A stretch of 64,000 nt of DNA from Octopus vulgaris (lineage: Eukaryota), in NCBI GenBank assembly GCA_951406725.2, contig OX597835.1, positions 41,850,001 to 41,914,000 of the forward strand, read 5' to 3'. How positions within the stretch are numbered: position 1 is the stretch's first letter; each line of letters opens with the position of its first letter. Positions 38,374 to 50,662 of this stretch are shown one piece after another. The position numbers and the translations under genes are program-made. The notes beneath the pieces were generated by a model. The model saw only the letters and a list, made by a program, of their open reading frames with translations. It did no database searches and was not told the DNA's origin.

Positions 38374-38906
38374 GGTTTCTTGGCGTATAGGTTCCCCACC
38401 TGGATGGGACGGCGGTCCGTCGCAGGTGAGCTGCAAGATGCAGGAGGAAAGAGTGAGAAGTTCCGCCATTACCTTCTGCCAGAGCTTAGGTGTTTCGCTC
38501 ATAAACACACACACATCACCCGGTCTGAGATTTGAACCCATGATCCCTCGACCGTGAGTCCACTGCTCTAACCACTAGGCCATGTTCCTTCACACAGACA
38601 TGTATGTATAGGTAAAGGAATAGTTATCTTCTCGAGTCATGCTGACTCACAAGGGCTGTTTTCCCCAGTTTCATGGCATATAAATTCCCCACTTCTCTCC
38701 TGGATGGGATGCTAGTCTGTTGCAGGAATACTCCCTTTTGCCAGCTGAGTGGACTGGAGTAGCATGAAATGAAGTGTTTTGCTCAAGAACACAACACGTT
38801 GCCTGGTCCAGGAATCGACACCACAATGTTACGATCACGAGTCCAACATCCTAACCACTAAGCCATATGCCTCCACATGTATGCATATATGTGCATGCAT
38901 GCTTTT

Positions 38907-38938
<32 letters not shown>

Positions 38939-40149
38939 TACATGTCTGTTTCCCAAGCTAGCAGAAGTTGGTTGGTTTGGCAAGAGCTGATAAGCCAGAG
39001 GGACATGCCAAACACCAATGTCAGCTTTGGCGTGGTTTCTACATCTGGACGCCATTCCCAAAACCAACCACTTTACAGAGGTTACTGAGTGCTTTTTTGT
39101 GACATTGACACCAGTGAGGTCACCATGATACTCAACTCACAAAATAAGAACCACAACTGGGGGTTGTGCAGTACTGAGGGAGGTGACTTTATGTCAGGTG
39201 ATGAAAGGTTAAATTATAATTGCGGGACAGGTGGTGAGCTGGCAGAAACGTTAGCATGCCGGACAAAATGTGTAGCCGTATTTCGTCTGTTGCTCTGTTC
39301 TGAGTTCAGACTCCGCCGAGGTTGACTTTGCCTTTCATCCTTTCGGGGTCGATAAATAAAGTACCAGTTTCGTACTGGGCCGATGCAATCAACTTAATCC
39401 GTTTGTCTGTCCTTGTTTGTCCCTTCTTTACTTAGCCCCTTGTGGGTAGTAAAGAAATATATAATTGAGGGAGAGGAACAGGTGTGTTGCTGTGGGGGAA
39501 ATACATGGTTACCCCAAATGGAAAAGGGAGTCAATGACAGTGTTGATGTGTCAGGGTGTATCCTCAAGCGACAGGGTGGGGAATATAAGAAAAGGGGTAC
39601 AGAAGGTTTGATAGGGTGACTGGGTAAATAAATAAGTTGTCAAGAGTGTGAAAGGAGAGAAGGAGATGGATTGAGATGGTGAACACAGGTAGATTGGGTG
39701 GGGTGGTGGTGGAGATAGGAGTGGATCAGGGAGGTGATGTTAAGTGTGTGGGGTGATATATATATATATATATGTGTGTGTGTGGAGGCGCAATGGCCCA
39801 GTGGTTAGGGCAGTGGACTCGCAGTCGTAGGATCGTGGTTTCGATTCCCAGACCAGGTGTTGTGAGTGTTTATTGAGCGAAAACGCCTAAAAGCTCCACG
39901 AGGCTCCGGCAGGTGGTGGTGATCCCTGCTGTACTCTTTCACCACTCTTTCTTCTGTTGGCCTGCTCGCTTAGCCAGTGGGGTGGCGTCATTTGAAGGCT
40001 AAAACAAGGCGAACGCATTGTGACCAGCGATGTGTAACTACATCTGATGGACTGGCCGGTCACGTGATCACGTGATATATATATATATATATTTATATAT
40101 ACACATACTCACACACACACATACACAACAACAACAATAACAACAACAT

Positions 40150-40525
40150 CATCGAAAAATACCTTAGAAATGAGAACCCAGGTTCAAAATTTCCCCAAGA
40201 CACCTGATGAAGGCTGGAAGGTATATCAGCCGAAATGTTGTGTTAACAACAAACAAGATGAGGACAAATATCCGTCAAATGTAAATAATGTAAATAACGT
40301 AAATAATGTGCATAATTCCTCATGTCTTAAATATAGAACTGTATTTCCACAAAATGTTGATTCTTCAGATTTTGCTGGTAGTTTACAGGCGTAATTTTGC
40401 GAATATGAAAATAATACTAGTATATGATGTGTGGTGAATTTGGGGAAAGAAATCCCCTAAAACTCATCAATTTAGTTGAAAATCGAGAAGAGAAGATGTT
40501 AAAATATTTGAGAGAATTTTAATTA
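40150..40525 (+). mobile_element. Penelope-like repeat copy
   Basis: Homologous to 8210-8580. Confidence 0.6.
40199..40244 (+). ncRNA. Minimal type I hammerhead ribozyme motif
   Basis: GACAC-CTGATGA-A-GGCTG(loop)CAGCC-GAAA-TG-TT-GTGTT; stems I and II pair; stem III is minimal. Confidence 0.55.
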
Positions 40526-41562
40526 ATTAGTATGGTAGCCCCAAATTTTCTAATTGTCAAATGAATCTATTCGATTTCATACAACAGATTCGAATGTGTT
40601 TCGAAATTTTCTATACCAGTGTAGTCTTTTTTAATTGAGGTAATCGTAACTATATTTTTGTAGAAATTAATAATAAAAGAGTTAACCTTCAAGTATGGAC
40701 TGCAAGTAAATAAATAAATAAATAAATAAATAAATAGAGCGAAACCTAGCAACCAGACGCAACACAGTCACAGAAAATAAAAATTCATCCGCTGACCGCA
40801 TCACAGTCGTAAAAATAATATCGTTCCGCTACAGTATAAACTGAAAATTACTTTTCGAAATGAATTGTCAATTTGTTATTAACTTTACGTTATTAACTTT
40901 TATATCTTTTCGATGAGAAATATTTTGTTTTTTTTTATTATGCAACTTTTATAAGTTAATAAAATAATGCTGTAGAGAAATCTGCCATAATGAAGTTTAA
41001 TAACTTACTTTTATGCATTTATCGTTTCGTTTCGTTTATTCAAGATAACCAAGTCTAGTTTTGAATAACTTTCCCATTTCCAGCTTCCCAATATTTCCAA
41101 TCTAGCACTTATATGTGCATACAACGAAAGATGATCACCCACCTGAGTTATTGGCTGTTACTTTAACTGGATCGCCCCTGGGACATCGAAAGACAGCAGT
41201 TGACCTCAGCAGGATTCGAACTCTGAACATAAACGGCCGTAACCACGCACCTCTCTATTTTCCGAGTTCCTCCACGCCTATTCGAACTGCAGCTGATGTG
41301 TAAGTATTATTATAAATATATCGAATTATTATATTTTACTCAAAGCAGGGTTTATATCTAGGAAAAGGTTTGCCTAATGTTTCCTTCGGTTTTAAATTAC
41401 AAAATGATGTGATATAGCTGCTATTTCTAGTAAATCAATTTACCTTGTCCAAGCTCCGTCGTTCACTTTGATACTTTGGTCAATGGGTCAAGATTTAAAC
41501 ATTGACCGATACTTTTGTTTAGTTTAGAATATTCTCAGAAATACATTGGAACGAGCGAAGTG

Positions 41563-41979
41563 GGATCTTTTCGGTTTGACCGGCAGTTTTTTAAAATAAT
41601 TTCCACGTAACTAAACACTTTAAAACTTCTTATGCTGGTAGAATGTGTTTATAAAACATCATTTTCTCTTGGCTTTATTGAGAAAATTCTATGGTTTGTA
41701 AGATATTTGTTGTCTTTTCTTCAATTTCTGCAATTTCAACCAATCAATGACGTCTATTGAGGTAAAAAAAAACATTCTGTGCCGTATGAATATGTCCCTC
41801 GTTTAAGAAACACATTGGGTTTATTTACATTTCTGAAGAAAAAAAAGATACCCTTCCCCCACCCCTAACCCTAACCCTAAAACATTGAAATGCAATAGAT
41901 CGATACTAGGGTTATAATTATGGGTGACAATTTCATATGACACCGCTAGAAAAAACTGCCGTTCAAACCGAAAAGGTCC
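41563..41979 (+). mobile_element. Merlin-like MITE
   Basis: Same TIRs; TSD GCGAAGTG/ACGTAGTG. Confidence 0.85.
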
Positions 41980-42280
41980 ACGTAGTGTTTCAAAACCGAT
42001 ACCTTACTAAGGTTCGCTACTTTATTTAGTAAAAAATACAATCAATATTTTGAGACATTTTAAAATAGAAACTTAAATGAAAGTAGACAGGTTCATTTGA
42101 AACTAGTGAGGACTTTGATATTACAGGCAGAAGCGATTCAGCTGAAAAGCAATTAAAGAAACAAATTTTTAAGGAAATTGCCGAGCAAATTCTTTCAGTT
42201 TTGGTAGACTTTCTCCGAAAGATCGCTGATTAATGTATGGTTTCTGTTTTAAGATTCAGCAGTCTTTCGGTACCAGCATA

Positions 42281-42400
42281 TGACGTCAGTCATGGATGAG
42301 TGCGTGTTTGTTCAACTTTGTCGAGCAGACGAATCATGTTACACACTCGTGACGTCATAGACTTAATCGAAATATTGTCTATTTATTTAACTTAGAGGTA
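42281..42400 (+). promoter_or_regulatory. Candidate promoter or first exon of the C2H2 gene, with two TGACGTCA sites (42281, 42350) and a possible donor GTAAAT at 42398
   Basis: Motifs seen in a CpG-retaining non-repeat patch about 1.7 kb upstream of the 44136 acceptor. Confidence 0.3.
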
Positions 42401-42419
42401 AATCCTCAAGACTATTGGG

Positions 42420-43420
42420 GGACCTTTTCTTACGAGAAAAATTATTGGCAATCATTCGTTGTTGGTCTCAGAACTGTTTGTTCGTTAGTTTCCGTAAACT
42501 TTTTTTTATTTATTTACTTTCGGTTTCATGACGTGTCGAAGTCGGTGGAAAGTGAAAGAGATGGGTGTGCGTGTGCGCATATGTCCGTGTCTATGGAGGA
42601 TAACGGGTGTACGTGTATGTGTGTGAGAGCGTGTTCAGCTTTATATATTTGTATTCACTCGCGCGCACACACACACACGCGTTATCTTTTATATACACGT
42701 ACGTACATAAATACACACGTACACTCGTCATCTTTCATAGATATGGACATACACACGTGCGCGCACCCGTCTCTTTCCTCTTTCACTTTCCCGACTTGGA
42801 TCTTTTCCTTTTGAACGGCACATGTCAACACAATTTCTAGTTAACTAGAAATTATTTTTTAAACTGTCGTATAAACTGGTAGAATGTGTTTATAAAACAT
42901 TATTTTTCGTTGTTGGTCTCAGAACTGTTTATTCGTTAGAAAATTCTGTTTGTAAATATTTCGTCTGAAATTTCAAGCATTTCGGTTTTAACAATCGACA
43001 TGACCTTCATTTCGGTGGAAATGAAAACATGGATCCGCGCTATATGAATATGTCCCTCGTTTAAGAAACAATGGGTGTACGTTGTGTGTGTGTGTGAGTG
43101 AACGTGTTGCGAAGAAAAAAAGATACCCTTCACCCATACACAACGCTACACACAGATTGAAATGCAATACACGTACGTACATAAATACACACGTACACTT
43201 GTCATCTTTCATAGATATGGACTTATACACGCGCACACACCAGTCTCTTTCCTCTTTCACTTTCCCGACTTGGATCTTTTCCGTTTGAACGGCACATGTC
43301 AACACAATTTCTAGTTAACAATCTATTTTAATTTAGGGTTAGAGTTAGGTTAGGGTTAGGGTTGGGGGAAGGGTATCTTTTTTTCTTTGCAAATGTAAAT
43401 AAACAATCTATATATTGTAA
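42420..43420. mobile_element. Rearranged MITE nest with an inverted repeat (42539-42797) and a direct duplication
   Basis: 42692-42845 repeated at 43166-43318; GGATCTTTTCC.TTTGAACGGCA termini at 42798 and 43272. Confidence 0.65.
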
Positions 43421-43493
43421 GATATTGTATTAAATTTCAAGGAACATGGTAACAGGCAGAGAAAACCTGCCTTTTATCATAAGATATATATAA

Positions 43494-43893
43494 GGCGCAG
43501 GAGTGGCTGTGTGGTAAGTAGCTTGCTAACCAACCACATGGTTCGGGTTCAGTCCCACTGCGTGGCATCTTGGGCAAGTGTCTTCTGCTATAGCCCCGGG
43601 CCGACCAAAGCCTTGTGAGTGGATTTGGTAGATCTAAAATGAAAGAAGCCTGTCGTATATATGTATATATATATGTATGTGTGTGTTTGTGTGTCTGTGT
43701 TTGTACCCCTAGCATTGCACCATATGACAACCAATGCTGCTGCCGTCAATCTTTTTAGCGGTTCGGCAAAAGAGACCGATAGAATAAGTACTGGGCTTAC
43801 AAAGAATAAGTCCCGGGGTCGAATTGCTCGACTAAAGGCGGTGCTCCAGCATGGCCACAGTCAAATGATTGAAACAAGTAAAAGAGTAAAGAG
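43494..43893 (+). mobile_element. SINE A
   Basis: Homology to 499-885. Confidence 0.85.
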
Positions 43894-44494
43894 TATATGA
43901 TATTATATATTATGGTGCTGCACAAGCACAAATTGAAGAGGTGCTTCAGCCTGCAGAAGTAAAGATTGAATGATATAATTTTAATATCCAATGGAAAAAT
44001 AAAGTTCACTTGTTCAGGTAATGGTTTATATCTACAAGTCTTTTCAGTATTGAAATATAATAAAATGTCTACTTTTGCATCTCCACGTTTTTAAGTATTC
44101 CCCAATGTAACTTTTGCCTTTTCTTTATTATTTCAGAACAAAAGATAACATTGTTTACATGAGAGACATCATGAATATTTGTCATTTCTTTGAGACTACA
44201 TGGACAGAATAGATGTAACCTTGATTGCTATATAAGTCTATGGAAGAATTACTGTGAAATATTTTCTCTCTAATTGAGATTATTCATAAAATTTTCTCTC
44301 TTTCACTGAGTAGAATGGTATACAAGACGATTTTGTATTCTAATGAAATTTGGATGAATATCAAAGGATTAGACAACATCTTTAGATATTGATAAAGATC
44401 GTATTTGAGTGAAATTAAACAATAATTTATCTAGGGATAAAATAAAAGTGGAAAGAAGAGAATATCAGTTCATAGGGGTTGGAGAAGAAATAAT

Positions 44495-45421
44495 ATGGAG
44501 AATGAATTATGTGAGAATGATTTGAGAAAAATAAATTTTATTGATGAGATGGAGAAAGAGACAGAGAAAACGTCATACCAATGTGATATCTGTAAACAGT
44601 TATTCTCTGAAAAATGTAACATTACGACACACAAATGCATTCTTACAGGAGAGAAACCATATCATTGTGATATTTGTGGTAAAACATTTTCTCGTGTGAT
44701 TACCTTAACAAACCATAAGCGTGTTCATACTGGAGAGAAGCCATATCTGTGTGATATTTGTAATAAACCATTCTCTCATTTAATTACACTAACTAACCAT
44801 AAACGTATTCATACAGGAGAAAAACCATATCATTGTGATATTTGCAGTAAATCGTTTTCTGATGGGTCTAATTTAATGAAACACAAACGAGTTCATACTG
44901 GAGAGAAGCCGTATCACTGTAATACCTGTGGTAAATCTTTCTCTCAAACAAATAAATTAGCTAGTCATATACACACTCATACAGGAGAGAAACCATATCA
45001 CTGTGATATCTGTGGTAAATCTTTCTCTCTTATAACTACCTTAACTAACCACAGACGTGTTCATACAGGAGAGAAACCATATCACTGTGATATTTGTGGT
45101 AAATCATTCTCTACCCCAGGTAACTTAAATAACCACAAACACATTCATACAGGTGAGAAACCATATCGCTGTGATATCTGTGATAAGTCATTCTCTGATC
45201 CAGGTAACTTAACTAAACACAAACATATTCATACAGGAGAGAAGCCGTATCACTGTGAAATCTGTGGTAAATCATTCTCTCGAAATGGTACTTTAACTAA
45301 CCACATACGTATTCATACAGGAGAAAAACCATATCACTGTGCTATCTGTGGAAAATCCTTCTCTCAAAGAAGCCACTTAACTAGACATGTGTGTGGTTGT
45401 ACAGAACAGTTACGGCATTAA
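44495..45421 (+). CDS. Tandem C2H2 zinc-finger protein, 308 aa (8 canonical fingers, plus a degenerate first finger and a C2HC-like last finger)
   Basis: CxxC-x12-HxxxH repeats joined by TGEKPY linkers; acceptor TTTCAG at 44136 suggests a 5'UTR-bearing last exon; AATAAA at 45577. Confidence 0.93.
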   Translation: MENELCENDLRKINFIDEMEKETEKTSYQCDICKQLFSEKCNITTHKCILTGEKPYHCDICGKTFSRVITLTNHKRVHTGEKPYLCDICNKPFSHLITLTNHKRIHTGEKPYHCDICSKSFSDGSNLMKHKRVHTGEKPYHCNTCGKSFSQTNKLASHIHTHTGEKPYHCDICGKSFSLITTLTNHRRVHTGEKPYHCDICGKSFSTPGNLNNHKHIHTGEKPYRCDICDKSFSDPGNLTKHKHIHTGEKPYHCEICGKSFSRNGTLTNHIRIHTGEKPYHCAICGKSFSQRSHLTRHVCGCTEQLRH

Positions 45422-45617
45422 TGTTAAAATCCTTCTATTAAAAAAAAAAAAAATGTAATCTTAAACAAGAAAGAAGGTATTGTTGTGATGTCAACCTCTC
45501 AGCACTATATTTTATACAATGGTTTGAAAAACCAGCTTTTGGTGAAACTCAGAAGTAACTGTCGTCCTTTTTTTATAATAAAAGTTTGATTGTATCTCAT
45601 GTATCTCATCCTTTGCT

Positions 45618-46214
45618 CACGACCATCGAACTTTAGGCCTCACTGAGGAAATGACCAGTGACCGAGACCTTTGGAAATATGCTGTACGTGAGAAGACCAG
45701 GCAGGTCAAGTGAGCCCAGCCCACTTATGCATGCCTTTCCTCCCTTGGTCACAAAGACCTGTTGAGGCAAGCGAAGTCGATATAGAACCTCATCCGACGA
45801 CAGGCACCCATGCCAACCCCCTTTGCTTGCGAAGACATGTTGGGGCAAGCGAAATCGAAATCGAATTGAACCAGCCAGGATCCCTGGTCTGGTGGTACGT
45901 AAAAAGCACTATCCGACTCGTGGCTGATGCCAGCGCCGCCTCGACTGGCCTCCGTGCCGGTGGCACGTAAAATACACCAATCCGACCATGGCCGTTGCCA
46001 GCCTCGCCTGGCACCTGTGCGAGTGGCACGTAAAAAGCACCCACTACACTCACGGAGTGGTTGACGTTAGGAAGGGCATCCAGCTGTAGAAACATTGCCA
46101 GATAAGACTGGAGCCTGGTGCAGCCTTCTGGCTTCCCAGATCCCCGGTCGAACCGTCCAACCCATGCTAGCATGGAGAACGGACGTTAAACGATGATGAT
46201 GATGATGATGATGA
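45618..46214 (+). mobile_element. RTE LINE 3' end (ORF C-terminus plus 3'UTR with internal GGCACGTAAAA repeats)
   Basis: GLTEEMTSDRDLWKYAVREKTR..* followed by UTR and (TGA)n. Confidence 0.75.
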
Positions 46215-46232
46215 TATTTAAGAAGACTAAAA

Positions 46233-46460
46233 CGGCGGTGAGCTGGCAGAATCGTTAGCACGCCGGGCAAAATGCATATTCGTATTTCGTCTGCCGTTAC
46301 ATTCTGAGTTCAAATTCTGCCGAGGTCGACTTTCATCCTTTCGGGGTCGATTAAATAAGTACCAGTTACGCACTGGGGTCAATATAATCGATTTAATCCG
46401 TTTGTCTGTCCTTGTTTGTCCCCTCTGTGTTTAGCCCCTTGTGGGTAGTAAAGAAATAGG
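46233..46460 (+). mobile_element. SINE family B (tRNA-like head GGCGGTGAGCTGGCAGAA, core TTTCATCCTTTCGGGGTCGATAAAT), tail type i
   Basis: GAGTTCAAATTC B-box; flanking repeat TATTTAAGAAGACT; other copies at ~22872-23098, ~34444-34650, ~39230-39458 and ~16945-17110. Confidence 0.85.
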
Positions 46461-47204
46461 TATTTAAGAAGACTTAACTATAAGCAGCCAGAATTGTTAG
46501 CATTGCCAGGTGAAATACTTGGCAGTGCTTTGTCTGCTGGGTACAAATTCCATCAAGGTTATCTTAGCCTTTCATCCTTTTGTGGTTATTGAAATAAGGG
46601 CCAATTGAGTCCTGGGGTCAATGTAATCAACTTAAATACTCCTGGGTATAAGTATAAAACCTGCATCTCTCTGTTAAACCATATCAAGCCAGTGTGGCAG
46701 AGTTGACTCAACAGACCAGTATGATATCAGGCTCAAATTCACAGCCTCCACATTGGATTTTGGTGGGTGGAGAGAACATGCCAAGGCCTTCATCCTGCAG
46801 TAGACTGAATATAAGCAATCCAATTCAATCCAAAAACACTTATGTGAATTAGTATTGTATACTAGTATACTATTTGTATGCTATAGCTCATGGTTGACCA
46901 AAGCCTTGTGAGTGGGTTTGGTTGAAGGAAACTGAAAGAAACCCATCATTGTGCTTCTCTAAAAATCATTAGCTACAACTGATGTTATTTCCCCTCATCT
47001 AAAGACTTGTGAAATAAGACATCTCTTATTCCAGGTAAAACTGGTAAGGGTTTGCAACAGGAAGTTCATTTAACTGTAAATCAAATGTCTCACTAATATA
47101 TTCATCTCACCCATGCTGGCATGGGAAAATGGACGTATAAAAATGAATTTTATATAAGCACAACAACTATACTTTCATGAGTGAGTTAATATACCTCTGT
47201 GATA

Positions 47205-47610
47205 TCTATATATATAAAACTCAACTTGTGTGTCTGTGTGTTTAACTTCCCGGCACACCTCTTTCTCACCAACAAATCGTAGAACTACCAAAAATGGGTC
47301 ACTTAAAGTTTAGGCAAATGAAAATTGAACTGCACTATTTCTTTTCCGAAATTCATCTCGCAAGTGCAAGAATTGATAATGTGTTTGTTTAGGCCTTATC
47401 CCATTCATTGAATAGTGAACTTTACTCAGTCAGCTGTTTGACGTGAACATGATTTTTGACTGCTGTGTCACCATTTTTCAGTGTATTTCAACTGGAAAAA
47501 TGTTCACTCGAAGAGAATAACAAGTTACATAATGCAAATTTTTTACTTTTCAAAAATTCCAATTCTAAAGGGTCGAAACAAACCCAAACAACACTGGGTG
47601 ATACTGCTAG
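47205..47610 (+). mobile_element. Non-autonomous Helitron-like element
   Basis: A|TCTATATATATAAAAC...CTGCTAG|T. Confidence 0.7.
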
Positions 47611-47789
47611 TTTTTTAAATAAAATCATTCTTTCAGAATACATGTGTATTCTATTTATATACAGTTTCATTTTTGTATTTTTATCTATCCATGTATGTGT
47701 ATACACACACACACACATCATTGTCTGTCATTGTTTTAATGTTGACTGTTGCATGTTTGCATGGGTCAGAAGGAATTTATTGAAATACT

Positions 47790-49390
47790 GATGATCTTGC
47801 CCTCATAGTAGATTCCATATCAGAGCTAGAAGAGAAATTCCAGGTGTGGAAAGAAAAGGTGTTGTCAGGAACTCCATACAATGTACCCAATGTAAGCTAT
47901 GGACACACAAGAGGTACAGTGGATTAATAGGAAGGTTATCAGAGAAGATAGTGTTTGTATGTGGAAGATCACAGGATCCATAAAAACTCGGGAAATAATT
48001 TACTGTAAATCCTTGAGTATAATCTGCATTTTTTTCCCAAAATTTAAAGGTCAAAATCCCTAGTGTATACTATATACGAGGTTAAAAATGAAAAATATTT
48101 TCTAAGCAATGTCCGAGTCTCTTTTTGCTGTTCGGCAATGTTTATTCAGACGCATTTTGTGATGTCGGGCGTGAAAATACCTTAAGCTAAGCTTGAAAGC
48201 AATGAAGTCATAAAAGAATCATCCATAACTTGCAGTAACCAACATTTATTAAAATAAAAGTATTCAGAACACAGAATAACATGTAACAAAAACAATTTGC
48301 AAACATATTTACATTCCCATATAACAGTTAAGAACATCACCATCATTGTATTACGCATGTGCGGAAGTGTTTGTTCGACTAGGTTCTGCTGGCTTAATTA
48401 CGCACGACTCAAGTTAGAGAAGGGGTGCGTATTATACACAAGGTTTAGGTTTTTCAGAAGTACAGCCCCCTAAAAATCCTCTGCGTATTATACTCAAGGG
48501 CAGACTATACTCGAGGATTTACGGTATCTGAAATGCCCTGATGGCTCATTAGAGGTAGTAGATAATTTCTACTACCTAGGGAACCAAATGAGTAGTGGGG
48601 AAGGGTGCACAGAGAGTGTGATACCTAGAATAAGAGTAGGATGGAGGAAATTCAGAGAAATGTTACCTCTGTTGGCTATGAAAGGTTTCTCTCTGAATGA
48701 AAGGAAGATTGTATGATGCATGTATACAGACAGCAATTCTGCATGTTTGTGAGATGTGGGACCTGAATGCAGAAGACATGCGATGGTTAGAAAGGAATGA
48801 GGCTAGTATGCTCTGCTGGATGTGTAATGTAAGTGTACATGTTCAACAGAATGCTAGTGTTTTGTGAGAGAAGTTTGGTATAAGAGGAATGAGTTTCTGT
48901 GTGCAAGAAAGAAGACTGTGCTGGGTTGGTCAAGTGATGCAAATGGAAGCCAACAGCTCCATAAAGAAGTGATGATCTCTCAAAGTAGATGGAACATGTG
49001 GAAGTGGGAAACCCAGGAAGACATGGAACGAAGTGCTGAAGAATTACCTCAGGACACTGAACCTTTCAGGCGAGATGCAATGGGCAGAGATGCCCGGTAC
49101 CTTGCTGTACTCAAGAAACCCGTACTCTGCAACAGAAGTGTTAAGACTGGTCACCCTGGTGGTGAGGATTGACCTACAAAAGTCCTACACCAGTGCCATG
49201 TAAAAGCACCTGTGGTGTGCCACATAAAGCACCCATTAGTGCCACGTAAAAGCAATCCGCACACTGTAAAGTGATTGGTGTTAGAAACCATGCCAAATCG
49301 GTCTGCAGCCTGACGCAGTTTACCAGCTCTGGTCAAACTGTCCAACCCATGCCAACATGGACAACGGATGTCAAATGATGATGATGATGA
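47790..49390 (+). mobile_element. Decayed RTE-clade LINE, 3' part with 3'UTR and (TGA)n tail
   Basis: LEVVDNFYYLG and RIRVGWRKFREMLPLL readable at ~48549-48672; UTR matches the dispersed (TGA)n-tailed repeat. Confidence 0.75.
48003..48524. mobile_element. pogo/Tigger-like MITE inserted in the RTE fragment
   Basis: TIRs CYGTAAATCCTYGAGTATARTCTGC with TA on both sides. Confidence 0.75.
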
Positions 49391-49664
49391 ATTTTCAGTG
49401 ACCAAATGCCCTTGTCACCGATCCTCACCTGTTTCCAAATAAGGATATATTTTGCTTATGACCAAACATGTTTCCATGGAAGATTGCAAATGAATGATGC
49501 TGTGTGATGTTGCTTGTTTACAACAACCTCGCAATGTCAAGATAAGAAGACACACACACGCATGTGATGGGTTTCTTCAGTTTCTGTCTACTAAATCCAC
49601 TGTCAAGGCCTTGGTCAGCTCAGATCTATAGCGGAAGATATTTGTCCAAGTTATATACATACAT

Positions 49665-49910
49665 AGGCGTAGGAGTGGCTGTGTGGTAAGTAGCTTGCTT
49701 ACCAACCACATGGTTCCGGGTTCAGTCCCACTGCGTGGCACCTTGGGCAAGTGTCTTCTACTATAGCCTTGGGCCGACCAAAGCCTTGTGAGTGGATTTG
49801 GTAAACGGAAACTGAAAGAAGCCCATCGTATATATGTATATATATATATGTATGTGTGTGTGTAATATGTTTGTAAGTCTGTGTTTGTCTCCCCAACATC
49901 ACTTGACAAC
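49665..49910 (+). mobile_element. SINE A, 3'-truncated
   Basis: Homology to 499-720. Confidence 0.8.
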
Positions 49911-50387
49911 CTATTACATTATTTTTTGTTTTGTTTTTGTGCCCGGATCAGACACGGAACATTCACTATGTGAATTTTCCGAGGCCTCTCCTTCACCATA
50001 TTCGTTTAGAGGAAGTTGTTTTACACCTATTACACTATTTTTGTTTTGTTTTTGTGCTCGGGTCAAACGCTATAGTTTGACTTTATATTCTTATATATCA
50101 TAAAACAGTACATTACTGGTCATGGCATACAACTGACCAGAAGAGCACTGTCCGTTTCACCCTGGTTATTGCAATTTGGTAATATTGACGACTCTTCAGA
50201 CGAGCAGGCTGGAAGCACATAACCGTTTCATACGCAAAAAGTATATATCGCTGCTATTATGCAAAAGTGTCGTAAGTCTAAAACGTTGCTTTTCCAGAGA
50301 AAGAAAAACTAGAAAAATAGTTTCACCATTTCACTTCTTTTTAAATTAGCAACAGTTTTAGCTTAGCAACAAATACGTTGTTGGAAA

Positions 50388-50662
50388 GGTGGCGAACTGG
50401 CAGAAACGTTAACACGCCGGGCGATATTCTTAGCGGTATTTCGTCTGCTGTTACGTTCTGAGTTCAAATTCCGCCGAGGTCGACTCTGCCTTTCATCCTT
50501 TCGAGGTCGATAAATTAAGTACCAGTTACGCACTGGGGTCGATGTAATTGACTTAATCCGTTTGTCTGTCCTTGTTTGTCCCCTCTATGTTTAGCCCCTT
50601 GTGGGTAGTAAAAAAAAAAAGAAACGTTAGCACGCCGGGCGAAATGCATTGTGGTATATCGT
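50388..50662 (+). mobile_element. SINE B plus a second SINE B head interrupted by the Tx1-like LINE
   Basis: Second head 50621-50662 stops at GGTATATCGT. Confidence 0.8.

Noticed and set aside
41862-41880. Telomeric (CCCTAA)n as a chromosome end or fusion site
   Set aside because: Only 2-4 units, always inside MITE copies.
45437-45453. A-run just after the C2H2 stop codon as a retrogene signature
   Set aside because: There is an upstream splice acceptor and a downstream AATAAA, and no TSD was seen.
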